Shown: piece by piece, positions 10,529 to 21,505 of the stretch
How positions within the stretch are numbered: position 1 is the first letter of the stretch
Layout: each line of letters opens with the position of its first letter
NCBI GenBank assembly: GCA_965237525.1
Contig: CBDEFO010000001.1
Location: forward strand, 32,001-96,000
Length of the DNA: 64,000 bases
DNA from: Candidatus Latescibacterota bacterium
GTDB taxonomy: Bacteria; Latescibacterota; CBDEFO01
Direction of reading: 5' to 3'
The notes under the pieces: generated by a model
Told to the model about the DNA's origin: nothing
The model's database searches: none
The model's input: the letters and a program-made list of their open reading frames with translations, nothing else
Program-made: the position numbers and the translations under genes

Positions 10529-11278
10529 ATGAACGTATTGGTTTTAGGTGGAAACGGCTACTTGGGTCCTCACGTTGTGAAAGCGCTCGAGCCTTATCAC
10601 AATCTGAGGATTACCGATGTTAAACCTGTAGAAGATACAAAGCACGAGTCGTTCATTGTAGATGTGTCCTCGATAGATCAGGTTGTGAAGGCGGCAGAGG
10701 GGATGGACGCTATCATCAACTGCTCTGTCCTTCGCGAGCACAGGAGGATAGCCTTTGATGTGAACGCCCTTGGCTGTTATAGCACCATGAAGGCGGCAGT
10801 TGAGCATAATATCAAAAGGGTGATAAACACCGGCCCGTTTTTTGCGATTTCCGGACCTACCTATGAGAATTACGATTTTATGATAAATGAGGAGATCACG
10901 TCTCATTCGGGAACGAATCTATACGCTCTGACGAAGTCTGTAGGTCAGGAGATATGCAGGGTATTTACGGAGAATTACGATGTATATGTGATGTCCTTCC
11001 TGTTCTACAATTTCCGAGATCCAAACAATCCTGATGAGACGAAGCCGGGGACAGATTTAACTCCTTTTATAGTGTCTTGGAGGGACGCGGGCCAGGCGTT
11101 CTATTTAGGACTTGAAATCGATCTGAACGATCTTCCCTCAAAGAACGAGACATTCTATATATCTACCGACATTCCCCACAGCAAATTCTCCAATTCGAAG
11201 GCCAAAAGGATACTCGGTTTTTCGCCCAAAGATAGATTCGAACAGGTGTGGCATAAGGCAATAGACAGTGGTCAGTAG
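10529..11278 (+). CDS. NAD-dependent epimerase/dehydratase (extended SDR, uronate dehydrogenase-like), type B
   Basis: LGGNGYLG, DAIINCS, FDVNALG, YALTK. Confidence 0.87.
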   Translation: MNVLVLGGNGYLGPHVVKALEPYHNLRITDVKPVEDTKHESFIVDVSSIDQVVKAAEGMDAIINCSVLREHRRIAFDVNALGCYSTMKAAVEHNIKRVINTGPFFAISGPTYENYDFMINEEITSHSGTNLYALTKSVGQEICRVFTENYDVYVMSFLFYNFRDPNNPDETKPGTDLTPFIVSWRDAGQAFYLGLEIDLNDLPSKNETFYISTDIPHSKFSNSKAKRILGFSPKDRFEQVWHKAIDSGQ

Positions 11279-11290
11279 AAAGCATACAGG

Positions 11291-11432
11291 GAGATCGCTT
11301 CGGGGTTCCACCCCTCGCAATGACCGCAGGCCTCACCAAGCAACTCTATTGCAAGTCCTCTTAACCGTCATTGCCAGCACCCCTGATTGAACCCCCGATT
11401 GACTCTATCGGGGGGCGGAGGGAAGCAACCTC
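11291..11432. repeat. Composite repeat: GAGATCGCTTCG..GCAATGAC unit, then a GTCATTGC..GAAGCAACCTC unit containing a half copy and a full copy (11392-11414) of the 23-bp hairpin
   Basis: gtcattgccagcac ccctgattgaa cccccgattgactctatcggggg gcggagggaagcaacctc. Confidence 0.75.
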
Positions 11433-11574
11433 GTAGAGAGAGCACTTCATCCCCTGGTATGGTTTCTAATATTCTAGATCTCTATAATCTTGTGCACAGT
11501 ATTTTGACCCGATACTTAGATCTGTGGGGGCAGAACCGTGTGCCTGCCCAGAAAATGAGAAAGGGAATAGTGAA

Positions 11575-12459
11575 ATGGCATCGGCTGACGACTTTCTAGC
11601 GGATGGCGCAGAACTTGAGGAAGTTGGATGAGGCTTCGGCTTTACTGAAGGGCCTGTGTGGAGTTCCTCTGAGGGTGTACTCTACTTTTCCGATATTTCC
11701 AACAATCGCATTATGCAGCTTTCTGCCGGGGACAGCCTGAGCGTCTACCGGGAGCCGAGCCATCGCTCAAATGGGCTAATCTTCGACTTGGAGGGGAGGC
11801 TTACAGCCTGTGAGGGGAACACTGAAGACGGCGGAAGACGAATCTCGCGGACGGAGAAAGACGGACAGGTCGTTACGCTGGCGGATCGCTATGGGGGGAA
11901 GCGTCTCAACAGCCCCAACGATCTGGTTATCGACAAAGAAGAACGGATCTGGTTTACCGATCCTCGGTACGGAAGCTACGAAGGCGTGGAGCAGGATTGC
12001 GAGGCCGTATATCGGATAGAACAAGACGGGAGTCTCACCAGAGTCATCGAAAGCCTGTCGCGTCCGAATGGGATCCTATTCTCTCTTGACTATAAGACCC
12101 TCTACGTGGCGGACAGCCCGCACGATCCGAATAGAAAGCGCGCTCTTGTCTCTTTTGAAGTAAACGAGGATCTCACCTTGTCGGACGGAAAAATCCTGCA
12201 CGATTTCGGGACCGGTCGAGGTGTAGATGGAATGAAACTTGACTCAGAAGAGAACATCTGGGCTACAGCGGGAAGGGACGAAAAAGCAGGTGTCCATATC
12301 TTCTCGCCCCGGGGGGAACTCTTGACGGTTATTAAGACTCCTGACCATCCCACGAACTGTTCGTTTGCCGGACCCGACCTTACTCTACTTTACATCACCG
12401 GCGCAGAATATCTCTGGCGGATCCAGATAAAGATACCGGGGCGGCGTCTCCCGGGTTAA
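11575..12459 (+). pseudogene. SMP-30/gluconolactonase family protein with an in-frame TGA at codon 19 (11629-11631)
   Basis: ATG at 11575 gives MASADDFLADGAELEEVG*GFGFTEGPVW, in frame with the 11656 ORF; NSPNDL, PNGI, DGM and PTNCSF motifs. Confidence 0.8.
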
Positions 12460-12643
12460 ACGAAACCCACGTCAAAGGATGGTGGACGGTCGAAGTGGAG
12501 GATCTTCCCCGCTATGTGGAGAGCCTGAAAGCCTTCGTTGCGGACATAGCGGAGAAAAGAGGCCCGCTCGCTCGATCACGAATTGCTCGTGCAAGAGACT
12601 GCGCTTCGCGCATCGGAAGTTGTTGTGAATAATAGAGGATAAT

Positions 12644-13639
12644 ATGGCTAGACCAGCATCGCTTTACCAAGAGGATGTACCTGATCCGGAGTGGCTTGTT
12701 CACACGTATGGCATCCAACTGAGGGGGCAATTGCAGGCTCTTGGTGGGGAGTTGGCGAAAGTAACCAAGATCCACGATGGGAGGATCGATCGACAACTGG
12801 TTATACGTATATCAGATCCAGCACGAATCGGAGGGACGCGTCTGGCTCAGGTGCATCGATTCTTGGAGTATATGAGTGAACGAGAAGTACGGACTCCCAT
12901 ACCGCTGCGGACGTGTGAAGGTCAGACGTATGCTGTGTACCCGGAATTAGGCAAGCTGGTTGAAGTCTTCCCGTATATAGAGGGACGCTCGCCGCAGAGC
13001 GGAAATATTGAGGATACACGACGTGTAGCCGCGGCTTTAGCTCGATTTCACAATGCTGGAGTGCCGTATGAGGATCTCCCAGAGGAGGAGAGCTGCGATA
13101 TAAATCACGTGGGCCTGGAGCGGTTGAAGATAGGTGTTAACAGGGCGAGAACCACCTCAGCAGGCAGTATATTTGAGACACTGTTGTATAACTATCTGGC
13201 CGATGCTGAGATGCTCGTTGAGTCGCTCCAGAAGCTTCGGCCTGGACTTGTCCAGACAGGCCTGCACCTCGATGCCAGCCCCGATAACATCCTCCTCACG
13301 GCAGATGGAGAGGTTTGGTTTATCGACTGTAGCCATGCAGTGCGCGGCCGCCGGGTATTTGACCTCGCAACAGCTGTCTATTACATCGACCGGACGAGCC
13401 GGGCGTCGCGTGGGGACCCGCAGCGATATGAGGATCTGGATCCGGAGTTGGAGTCCGCGTTTCTGGAAACCTATCGATCGGTATGCAAACCTGGATGGCG
13501 GAATGCAGAGACGGAAGCGTATGCGCTGGAGCATCGGCTGATGCTAATTCATGGCGCGGCATATTGGGCTACCGAGTACTCGGAGTCGGATGTAATGCAG
13601 GAACTCATAGGATTCCAAAGACTTAGAGACAGCTTGTAA
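12644..13639 (+). CDS. Aminoglycoside/homoserine kinase-like phosphotransferase (APH family)
   Basis: LARFH, HLDASPDNIL (HxDxxxxN) and FIDCS motifs. Confidence 0.8.
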   Translation: MARPASLYQEDVPDPEWLVHTYGIQLRGQLQALGGELAKVTKIHDGRIDRQLVIRISDPARIGGTRLAQVHRFLEYMSEREVRTPIPLRTCEGQTYAVYPELGKLVEVFPYIEGRSPQSGNIEDTRRVAAALARFHNAGVPYEDLPEEESCDINHVGLERLKIGVNRARTTSAGSIFETLLYNYLADAEMLVESLQKLRPGLVQTGLHLDASPDNILLTADGEVWFIDCSHAVRGRRVFDLATAVYYIDRTSRASRGDPQRYEDLDPELESAFLETYRSVCKPGWRNAETEAYALEHRLMLIHGAAYWATEYSESDVMQELIGFQRLRDSL

Positions 13640-13756
13640 AAGCTGAGTATCGGGTCAAAATAGCCCGGACAAATTACAGAGATCCAAAATAGTAGATAAC
13701 ACGCAGAGATAGAAGGTGATGCTTCTGCGTACTTATTTGCTGGAAGATGATAGATA

Positions 13757-14803
<1,047 letters not shown>

Positions 14804-14999
14804 GTACCAATGAGATCGCTTGCCGATGAAGCCAAAGCCCAGAGCTATACTAATGGTCAGCCGAGCAATCTTAATAGCGGATGTGGCAGTTGTAGGGAGG
14901 ATAGTAAATCTCGTGCAGCTTTCGACATAAATCCTATCTAAAGAACAGTTGGAAGCGTTCGTCAACCCATCGTATTACCCCAAACGAAGGAGGGATACC

Positions 15000-15191
15000 A
15001 TGAAGGTCATCGCCCAGATCTTAGTAGTCATATCGGCTATAGCGCTTGTGCTCGGAGTTATATTCTCTCCGCTACACATAACGCTCCTAGCGACTCCCAA
15101 GGGCTATGTAGAGCTTTCGATAGCCTGCGCTCTCCTGGCCATAGCAATTGGGAAGGTGTTCGGAGGCGGCACCTCTGAAGGAGAATCGTAG
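15000..15191 (+). CDS. Small two-TM membrane protein
   Basis: GGAGG RBS before ATG 15000; two hydrophobic helices. Confidence 0.6.
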   Translation: MKVIAQILVVISAIALVLGVIFSPLHITLLATPKGYVELSIACALLAIAIGKVFGGGTSEGES

Positions 15192-15251
15192 GCGTAAGGA
15201 GAGGCGTGTAGCAGAAGAATGGCCTCTTGTAGGAAATGACAGTCTATTTTC

Positions 15252-15278
15252 GTAGGGGCGGGGTAATCCCGCCCCTAC
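15252..15278. repeat. GTAG-type REP-like palindrome
   Basis: gtaggggcgggg-taat-cccgcccctac, a near-perfect hairpin. Confidence 0.75.
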
Positions 15279-15363
15279 ATCTGTTTGATTGTGCAGCTCA
15301 AACGAAATCGCTTTTGTCTTTACAGTGAGATGGCTCCGCTGACCATTAGGTTCAGACTGGACT

Positions 15364-15405
15364 TCTCCGACCCCCAATTGAATCTATTGGGGGCTCAATC
15401 GGGGA
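15364..15405. repeat. Nested 23-bp hairpin repeat (inner copy 15371-15393)
   Basis: tctccga[cccccaattgaatctattggggg]ctcaatcgggga; the inner copy has a compensatory G-C to A-T stem change. Confidence 0.8.
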
Positions 15406-15427
15406 CTGGCAATGACGTTGTTTCTGG

Positions 15428-16126
15428 TTACCAGTTGGCTCTTGGCGTCCTTAACCTTCGCCCTCCCCATCTGAGTATAAGAATAACTCCGGCTACGAAC
15501 CCTCCGATGTGGGCGAACCACGCAACACCACTTCCTACGCCTCCCGAAGCAGCAGTGGCGTTCAAAAGTTGCATAAGGAACCAGATCCCTAGGACTATAA
15601 AGGCTGGAATCCGTATTGTATTTATGAAAAAGAAGAAGAAAACAAAGACACGGACTCTGGCGGAAGGGAAGTTGACTAAGTAGGCTCCTAACACTCCGGC
15701 TATGGCTCCGCTTGCTCCTACTAAAGGAATTTCAGAGCTGGGGTTGGAGATTATATGTGCAGAAGTTGCCAAGATGCCGCAAATCAGATAGAAGAAGAGG
15801 AATCGAAAGTGTCCCAACGCGTCCTCGATGTTGTCTCCAAATATCCAAAGATAGAGCATATTACCGCCTATATGAAGTAGGCCTCCATGCATGAATAAAG
15901 AGGTAAACGGCGTAAGATAAAGAGGTATAGGAGTATTTGAAATAGCGTCCTTCAAATGTGTGATCTCATAGGGGATAAGCCCCATCTTGAGGATGAAATC
16001 ATGTTCCTGCTGCAGATTGAGAAGGAAAGTCTGGTAGAGGAAGACAGATACGTTGGCAGCTATAATAGTAAGCGTTATGAAGGGAAATGTCCTTGTGGGG
16101 TTGTCGTCTTTGTACGGGAGGAGCAT
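15428..16126 (-). CDS. Rhomboid family intramembrane serine protease
   Basis: FMHGGLLHIGGNMLYLWIFG, GASGAI, AHIGGF. Confidence 0.95.
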   Translation of the reverse strand: MLLPYKDDNPTRTFPFITLTIIAANVSVFLYQTFLLNLQQEHDFILKMGLIPYEITHLKDAISNTPIPLYLTPFTSLFMHGGLLHIGGNMLYLWIFGDNIEDALGHFRFLFFYLICGILATSAHIISNPSSEIPLVGASGAIAGVLGAYLVNFPSARVRVFVFFFFFINTIRIPAFIVLGIWFLMQLLNATAASGGVGSGVAWFAHIGGFVAGVILILRWGGRRLRTPRANW

Positions 16127-16133
16127 ATTCTAC

Positions 16134-18521
16134 TTACCTTGTCTTAAAGCGACTTCGGGCGTAAGCTTTATTGCCTGACATATCGCTTACCCAAAGTTCC
16201 AGGGTGTGTTCTCCCGAAGACAGGGAATCTTCAACTCTGTAGAAGACGGATTCTTCGGGCGGATCGTACTGGCATATGACAAGAGAACCGTCGAGCCTCA
16301 TTTCTATGTCCTGTTCTCTTTTTATTCCCGATCCTTTGTCCTGAATTCTCGCGCGCAGTTGGGGATTTAAGTCTTTTATGACGGCTCCATCTCGGGGATA
16401 GACTATGTGTATATCTGGAGGGATCTGATCTGAAAGGAGGGTATATCTGGAAAAGTGAGAAATATCGGCTGAGACGGTCCTTGCATCAGCATTCAGGTTG
16501 TTGTCTATGAACTTCCAGCCCTCTTCAGGGTGGGACGCCCACTCCGTGTCCAGGAAATAGACTCCTAACGTTTCAGGATTGGGGAAATCCTCTGGATAGG
16601 ACAAAGAGATCCTGGCCTTTCCATTGAAGGGCACGTCATAGGGCTGGAAAGCATAGCCGGTCCCGATTAACTGGAGACCATCGGGCACCTCGGGGTCGAC
16701 CCCCGATTGATCCCCGATAGAACCAATCGGGGAGGGCGAGTCCGTGTCGAATAAACCCACGCGGGGATAGAGGACATCATACACGCTTCCGGGATCGAAA
16801 ACTACTACGGCTTTTCCGTCGTAGGATTCTATTTTACCTCCTGTGTGTCTGCCGATGTGTGAGTAGGATATGACCGTCCTGTAGCTCCCCTTTTCGCCGC
16901 TAAGAGAAGTTCCTTCGATGCAAACGGTGTTTATGCCTTCCTGTCTGATATGGAAGGGAATTACCGCCTCGTAGGTTCTAATGTCCCTTTGCCGTACACG
17001 AAGTCTCTTGGCCTTTGAAAGTAGGGTCACAGAGGGAAGCCCAGATAGTATATCGCTTGAGACAATCCGGAGCTCTATAAAATCGGGGTATCCTATCTGC
17101 TCGCAGTTAAAGAGCGGTGGCCAGCCCCTTTTAATCTCCTTTGGAGGCAAAACGCAGAAGCGGGGTTCAGAACTTATTTCGCCTTCGTCTAAAACTGATA
17201 TTCTGAAGATAAACGGTGCGTCCACTCCGTCTGGACTTTTCGTCCACCCAGACCGCCTTTTCATCTTTAAGGAGTCCGAAACTTGGTAGGTTTTTCCGCT
17301 TAGGGCCTTGCGGAGGAGGAATTCCCAGTTTTCTCCTCTGTCGTAAGATGTCTCGATCATTATCTCTGAAAGTTCGCTGTCCCTGTCGGATATTTGTAAC
17401 GACAGGTGGACATAGTCTGTCCTTTCTGTAACTCTCGTCACTTCCACACTGTCTATCTGGGGCTTTTCGCCGACAATGACTCGGAAGCGAGCGTAGGATG
17501 TGTTGTCATAGACGTCAAAGACCCTTACAGTGATATGATGGATCCCCGCAGGGAGCGATTCGGATGTTAACAGGCCGTCTCCTTCTTTATGATCTTTGTA
17601 GAAGGGAAGATCGTTTCCGGGGGCTACGAAGAGGTTCTGAAAATGACCTAATCCCTTTCGATTGAGGCCAAAATCAGCATTAAGTTCAATCTTGTGTGCC
17701 TTCTCGTATGAGAAGGTGTTGTACTCAGACCTAAATAGAAGGCAGTCTTCGAGGTATAGTTCGTATCGGTAGGGGGACAGCTTATTTCGTGCGACATCCG
17801 CGATATCGTAGGAGGAGATTCCCAGGCCAACTGTCCCCTCTAAGTGGGGAATTTCATCGTTGATAAAGATCTTCTTCTGTTTGTCCTTGTGGAGATTGAG
17901 CATATAGGGAGTATGCGAGCTGTTGACGTAGGAATCGGGCCCAATGGGCGACAGACTGATCTTGACGAGAACAGGCGGTTTGGAGTCTTTGACGCTTACA
18001 ATATGATCGGCCAAGGGGTTGATGGGGCGATTGTCCGGGTCTCTGAGTTCAAAGTGGAGGTGTGGGAATTTGGTCGCACTCCTGCCCGAGGAGCCGATGA
18101 TCTGTCCTTTAGCAACTGGAAATTCTCCTTCCTCCGGATAGAAATCTGTAGTATACCAGCCGTTTCCCCTCTGCCTGGCTTTGACGACCTTTTCTATTTC
18201 TGCGGCGAATTTAGAAAGATGCGCGTAGATGGCCAAATTTCCGTCTTCAAGCTTCAGATAGACAGCTCTTCCGTATCCCCAGGGAGATGTCCTGATCCTG
18301 TATATGTAGCCCGATTCTGCGGCGTGCACAGGAATACCAGTTCTACCCCAGGTCTTAAGGTCAAGTCCGGCGTGGAAGTGTCCCCCCCTGTATTCGCAGA
18401 AGGTGGAGGTGACCCCGCGCTCAATGTCCATAGGCCACCGGTATCTGTCCTGGGCTTTTGAAAAGGAAGCTGAAAAGGTTAGAATTGTGAACGAGAGAAC
18501 TACGAGGAGTGTTTTGGGCAT
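16134..18521 (-). CDS. Secreted M23-family metallopeptidase with C-terminal Ig-like domains
   Basis: Signal peptide; HFHAGLD, YAHL and PHLHFELR motifs; carries the 23-bp hairpin in frame at 16700-16733. Confidence 0.9.
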   Translation of the reverse strand: MPKTLLVVLSFTILTFSASFSKAQDRYRWPMDIERGVTSTFCEYRGGHFHAGLDLKTWGRTGIPVHAAESGYIYRIRTSPWGYGRAVYLKLEDGNLAIYAHLSKFAAEIEKVVKARQRGNGWYTTDFYPEEGEFPVAKGQIIGSSGRSATKFPHLHFELRDPDNRPINPLADHIVSVKDSKPPVLVKISLSPIGPDSYVNSSHTPYMLNLHKDKQKKIFINDEIPHLEGTVGLGISSYDIADVARNKLSPYRYELYLEDCLLFRSEYNTFSYEKAHKIELNADFGLNRKGLGHFQNLFVAPGNDLPFYKDHKEGDGLLTSESLPAGIHHITVRVFDVYDNTSYARFRVIVGEKPQIDSVEVTRVTERTDYVHLSLQISDRDSELSEIMIETSYDRGENWEFLLRKALSGKTYQVSDSLKMKRRSGWTKSPDGVDAPFIFRISVLDEGEISSEPRFCVLPPKEIKRGWPPLFNCEQIGYPDFIELRIVSSDILSGLPSVTLLSKAKRLRVRQRDIRTYEAVIPFHIRQEGINTVCIEGTSLSGEKGSYRTVISYSHIGRHTGGKIESYDGKAVVVFDPGSVYDVLYPRVGLFDTDSPSPIGSIGDQSGVDPEVPDGLQLIGTGYAFQPYDVPFNGKARISLSYPEDFPNPETLGVYFLDTEWASHPEEGWKFIDNNLNADARTVSADISHFSRYTLLSDQIPPDIHIVYPRDGAVIKDLNPQLRARIQDKGSGIKREQDIEMRLDGSLVICQYDPPEESVFYRVEDSLSSGEHTLELWVSDMSGNKAYARSRFKTR

Positions 18522-18524
18522 AGG

Positions 18525-19998
18525 TCAGTATCTCTGTATATCAGAACTACCCAAATCGTTGCAAATACTGCTGAACTGCTCTAAAGCGGCTTCAAGATTT
18601 TCTGTAATCTCCATAGCAAGTACACCTGGATCTGGGAGGTTTTCAGCATCTTCAAGACTTTCATCCCTCAACCACAATATGTCAAGGCTTATCTTGTCCC
18701 TCTGCATAAGTTCATCGTAGGTAAAGGCCTTGAATCGCTCTGTCTCCTTCCTGTCACGTCGGTTCTGTGGATTATAACACTTGATGAAGTCCTGAAGATC
18801 TTCATAACGTAAAGGATTTGTTTTGAGTGTAAAGTGCTTGTTTGTTCTCAAATTATATATCCAGAGTTTCTCTGTCCAGGGGTTTTCGCTTGCCGGTTTT
18901 CTATCAAAGAAGAGAACATTTGCTTTAACACCCTGAGCATAAAATATCCCTGTAGGGAGTCTCAAAAGGGTGTGAACATCACATACCTGAAGCATTTTGT
19001 TCCTTATCGTCTCTCCAGCACCTCCCTCAAAAAGGACATTATCAGGCACAACAATAGCAGCTTTTCCATTTATCTCTAAGAGAGTTTTTACGTGCTGAAG
19101 GAAGTTCAATTGTTTGTTGGAGGTTGTTGCCGAGAAATCCTCTCTCTCATAAATCAACGATTCCTTATCAGCCTTTCCTTCGTCGTTTACTATCGTAATG
19201 CTGCTCTTTTTGCCGAAGGGCGGATTAGTCAGCACCATATCAAAACGGTCTCGAGGGTCGGAAACAAGGGCATCTCCTACCTCAACAGGACTTTCCTCTC
19301 CCCCAATGCCGTGCAGGTAAAGGTTCATCACGCACAGCCTTGCGACACCGTCAACAATATCTTTTCCTGTGAAGGTATGAGATTTGAGAAACTTTTTCTG
19401 ATCTGTGTCCAACGGATAGTTATTTGAAATGTAATCGTGAGCCGACAGGAAAAAACCACCTGTGCCGCAGGCAGGGTCGCAAATAGTCATTTCAGGCTCT
19501 GGTCTCATAACCTCGACCATCGCCTTGATAAGTTGTCTTCGGTGTAAAGTACTGACCTGAACCGCCTTTTACATCCTGTGCATTCTTCTGCAAAAGCCCC
19601 TCGTATATTTCTCCCTTCACATCAATATCCATTCCAATCCAGGTCTCTGAGTTGATAAGTTCTACCAGACGCTTTAGCTTTGCTGGATCCTGAATTTTGT
19701 TCTGGGATTTTCTGAAGATGACCCCAAGCAATCCTTTTCCGTTACCTAGAGTTTCAAGAATGTGCCTATATTGGTCATCAAGAGCGCTCCCATCCTTTTC
19801 GAGCAGGCTATGCCAGTCAAGATTTTCAGGAATAAAAGGTTCTTTATTAAAAGGACGTCTTGTCTGTTCATCAGCCATCTTCAAGAACAATAGATAGGTC
19901 AACTGCTCCACATAATCACCGTAACTTACACCATCATGCCTCAATAAATGGCAGTAGTTCCATAATCTCTGCACGATTGCTGGCGCTTCATTTCCCAT
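18525..19998 (-). pseudogene. hsdM: Type I R-M methyltransferase subunit, +1 frameshift near 19540
   Basis: N-half YVEQLTYLLFLKM...GQYFTP; C-half DPACGTGGF, NPPF; removing one A after CCG restores GQYFTPRQLIKAMVE. Confidence 0.9.
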
Positions 19999-21505
19999 TT
20001 AGTATCAACTCCATCTGTTTTGCGTTCTTTTTCTTTCTACCTATCTTTTTCGATTTCTTATCAGCCTCACGCTTTGCCTTCTCCTTTTTTATCCTTTCCA
20101 GAAGCACACTGGCTGGCTCATCACTTGGATCTTGGGGAGCAAGTTTACCTGAAAAAGCCCGCTTGAGAATGGACTGGCGCAGACGCTGGGCACGCTTAAG
20201 ATTGTCCTCGATAATAGCCTCCACCTCCTCAGCGATGGATAGACATCGTTCGACTTTTTCGACGATCTTGCGCTGTTCAACAAGAGGAGGGAGAGGAATA
20301 GGAATTTGACCAAATCTTGACGCTGAAACTTCCAAGAAAGTGGTTCCACTCCCGAAACTTTGCGCCAGTTCCTTACTCGCTTTCAGGTAATAAAACACAT
20401 ATTCGTTATAAAGACCTTGACTTAAGGTCAGATTCTTGAAACCTTGATTAGTTGAAATTGGATTAGCTGCAATTGCCACATATCCAATTGGTGCTCGAGA
20501 TGAGAAAAGTATGGTACCTTTCGGCAGCAACACAGCGGAAGATGAATTTAACCCCTTTTCCGAGAGATTTCTTTTACCGCGACTTATCAATTTAGCATTG
20601 AGATTAGAAAGATCAGCGGGTGTAACCCAGGGTATTTCTCCATTGAAATTATCTTCCTCTTTGGTAGAAGGTGTACCGCCAGCGGCTATAGAACCAACCT
20701 CCCCCAGCCTTGTCCAAACCCAGTTCTCTGGAAGCTGGGACAAATTCGAGGTATCGAGCGGCGGTAGCTCTTTATATTTCCCCTTTGCATTCTTTTTCCG
20801 TTCTTCTTCTATCCGTTCCAGCAACACTGACGCCGGCTCCAATTCCACTTCACAAGCCTCCCGCCATTCTTTCGTAAGTTTCCCTTCCACCGCCGCCTTA
20901 AGTACCGCTTGGCGATAGTGCTTTAGCTGGGCCTTTGCCTTCTTTAATGCTGCTACACCAGCATCCAGCTTGGTAAAAAGCTCTTCAATCTTGGCAACGA
21001 CCCGATGAAATTATCTTCCTCTTTGTTGAAGAAGAGGGGGAAGGGGGATCACAAACTCCTTAAGAATATTTCCGGTTATAGCATCAAAGGTTGTTCCTGT
21101 CTTTTTCCCCGTTAGATTATGCTCAAATGCACGCATTAAGTAAAGTATAAAGAATGTCTTAATTTCTCCTAGACCGCGAATAGCTGCAAGTCCTCTGCCT
21201 ATACACGATCTTTCTGGACATATGTTAGTTGGACCAACTGGAGCTCTAACGGAAATGAGCACATCTCCTTTTTCAGCTATTTTCTTAGGTTCTGTACACC
21301 ACTTTTGCGGAGAAGGATAGATATTGCCAAATTCTAATTTGCCCTGATAAAAAGGAAGACCATTCTCGTTTTCATTATAAGTTGATGACGGAGGAGATTG
21401 TCCAAGTACTATTTCCGCAACATCTCCCAATCTCGACGATACCCACCTTTTGGGAAGTGTTTGCAGGTTTTCTGTGCTCTGTCTGCTTTTTGAATTTTCG
21501 CTCAC
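19988..21505 (-). pseudogene. hsdS: Type I R-M specificity subunit (two TRDs) with an in-frame TAA at 21011-21013
   Basis: Both ORFs are in the same frame; LPKRW/LPENW TRD starts, PLPPL..Q spacers, SILKRAFSGKL; the stop lies in a 15-nt insertion. Confidence 0.9.

Noticed and set aside
9450..11257. Diversity-generating retroelement (TR/VR pair) formed by the SDR 3' duplicate
   Set aside because: Mismatches involve all four bases rather than adenines only, and no reverse transcriptase gene is in the window; the same applies to 31933-32113
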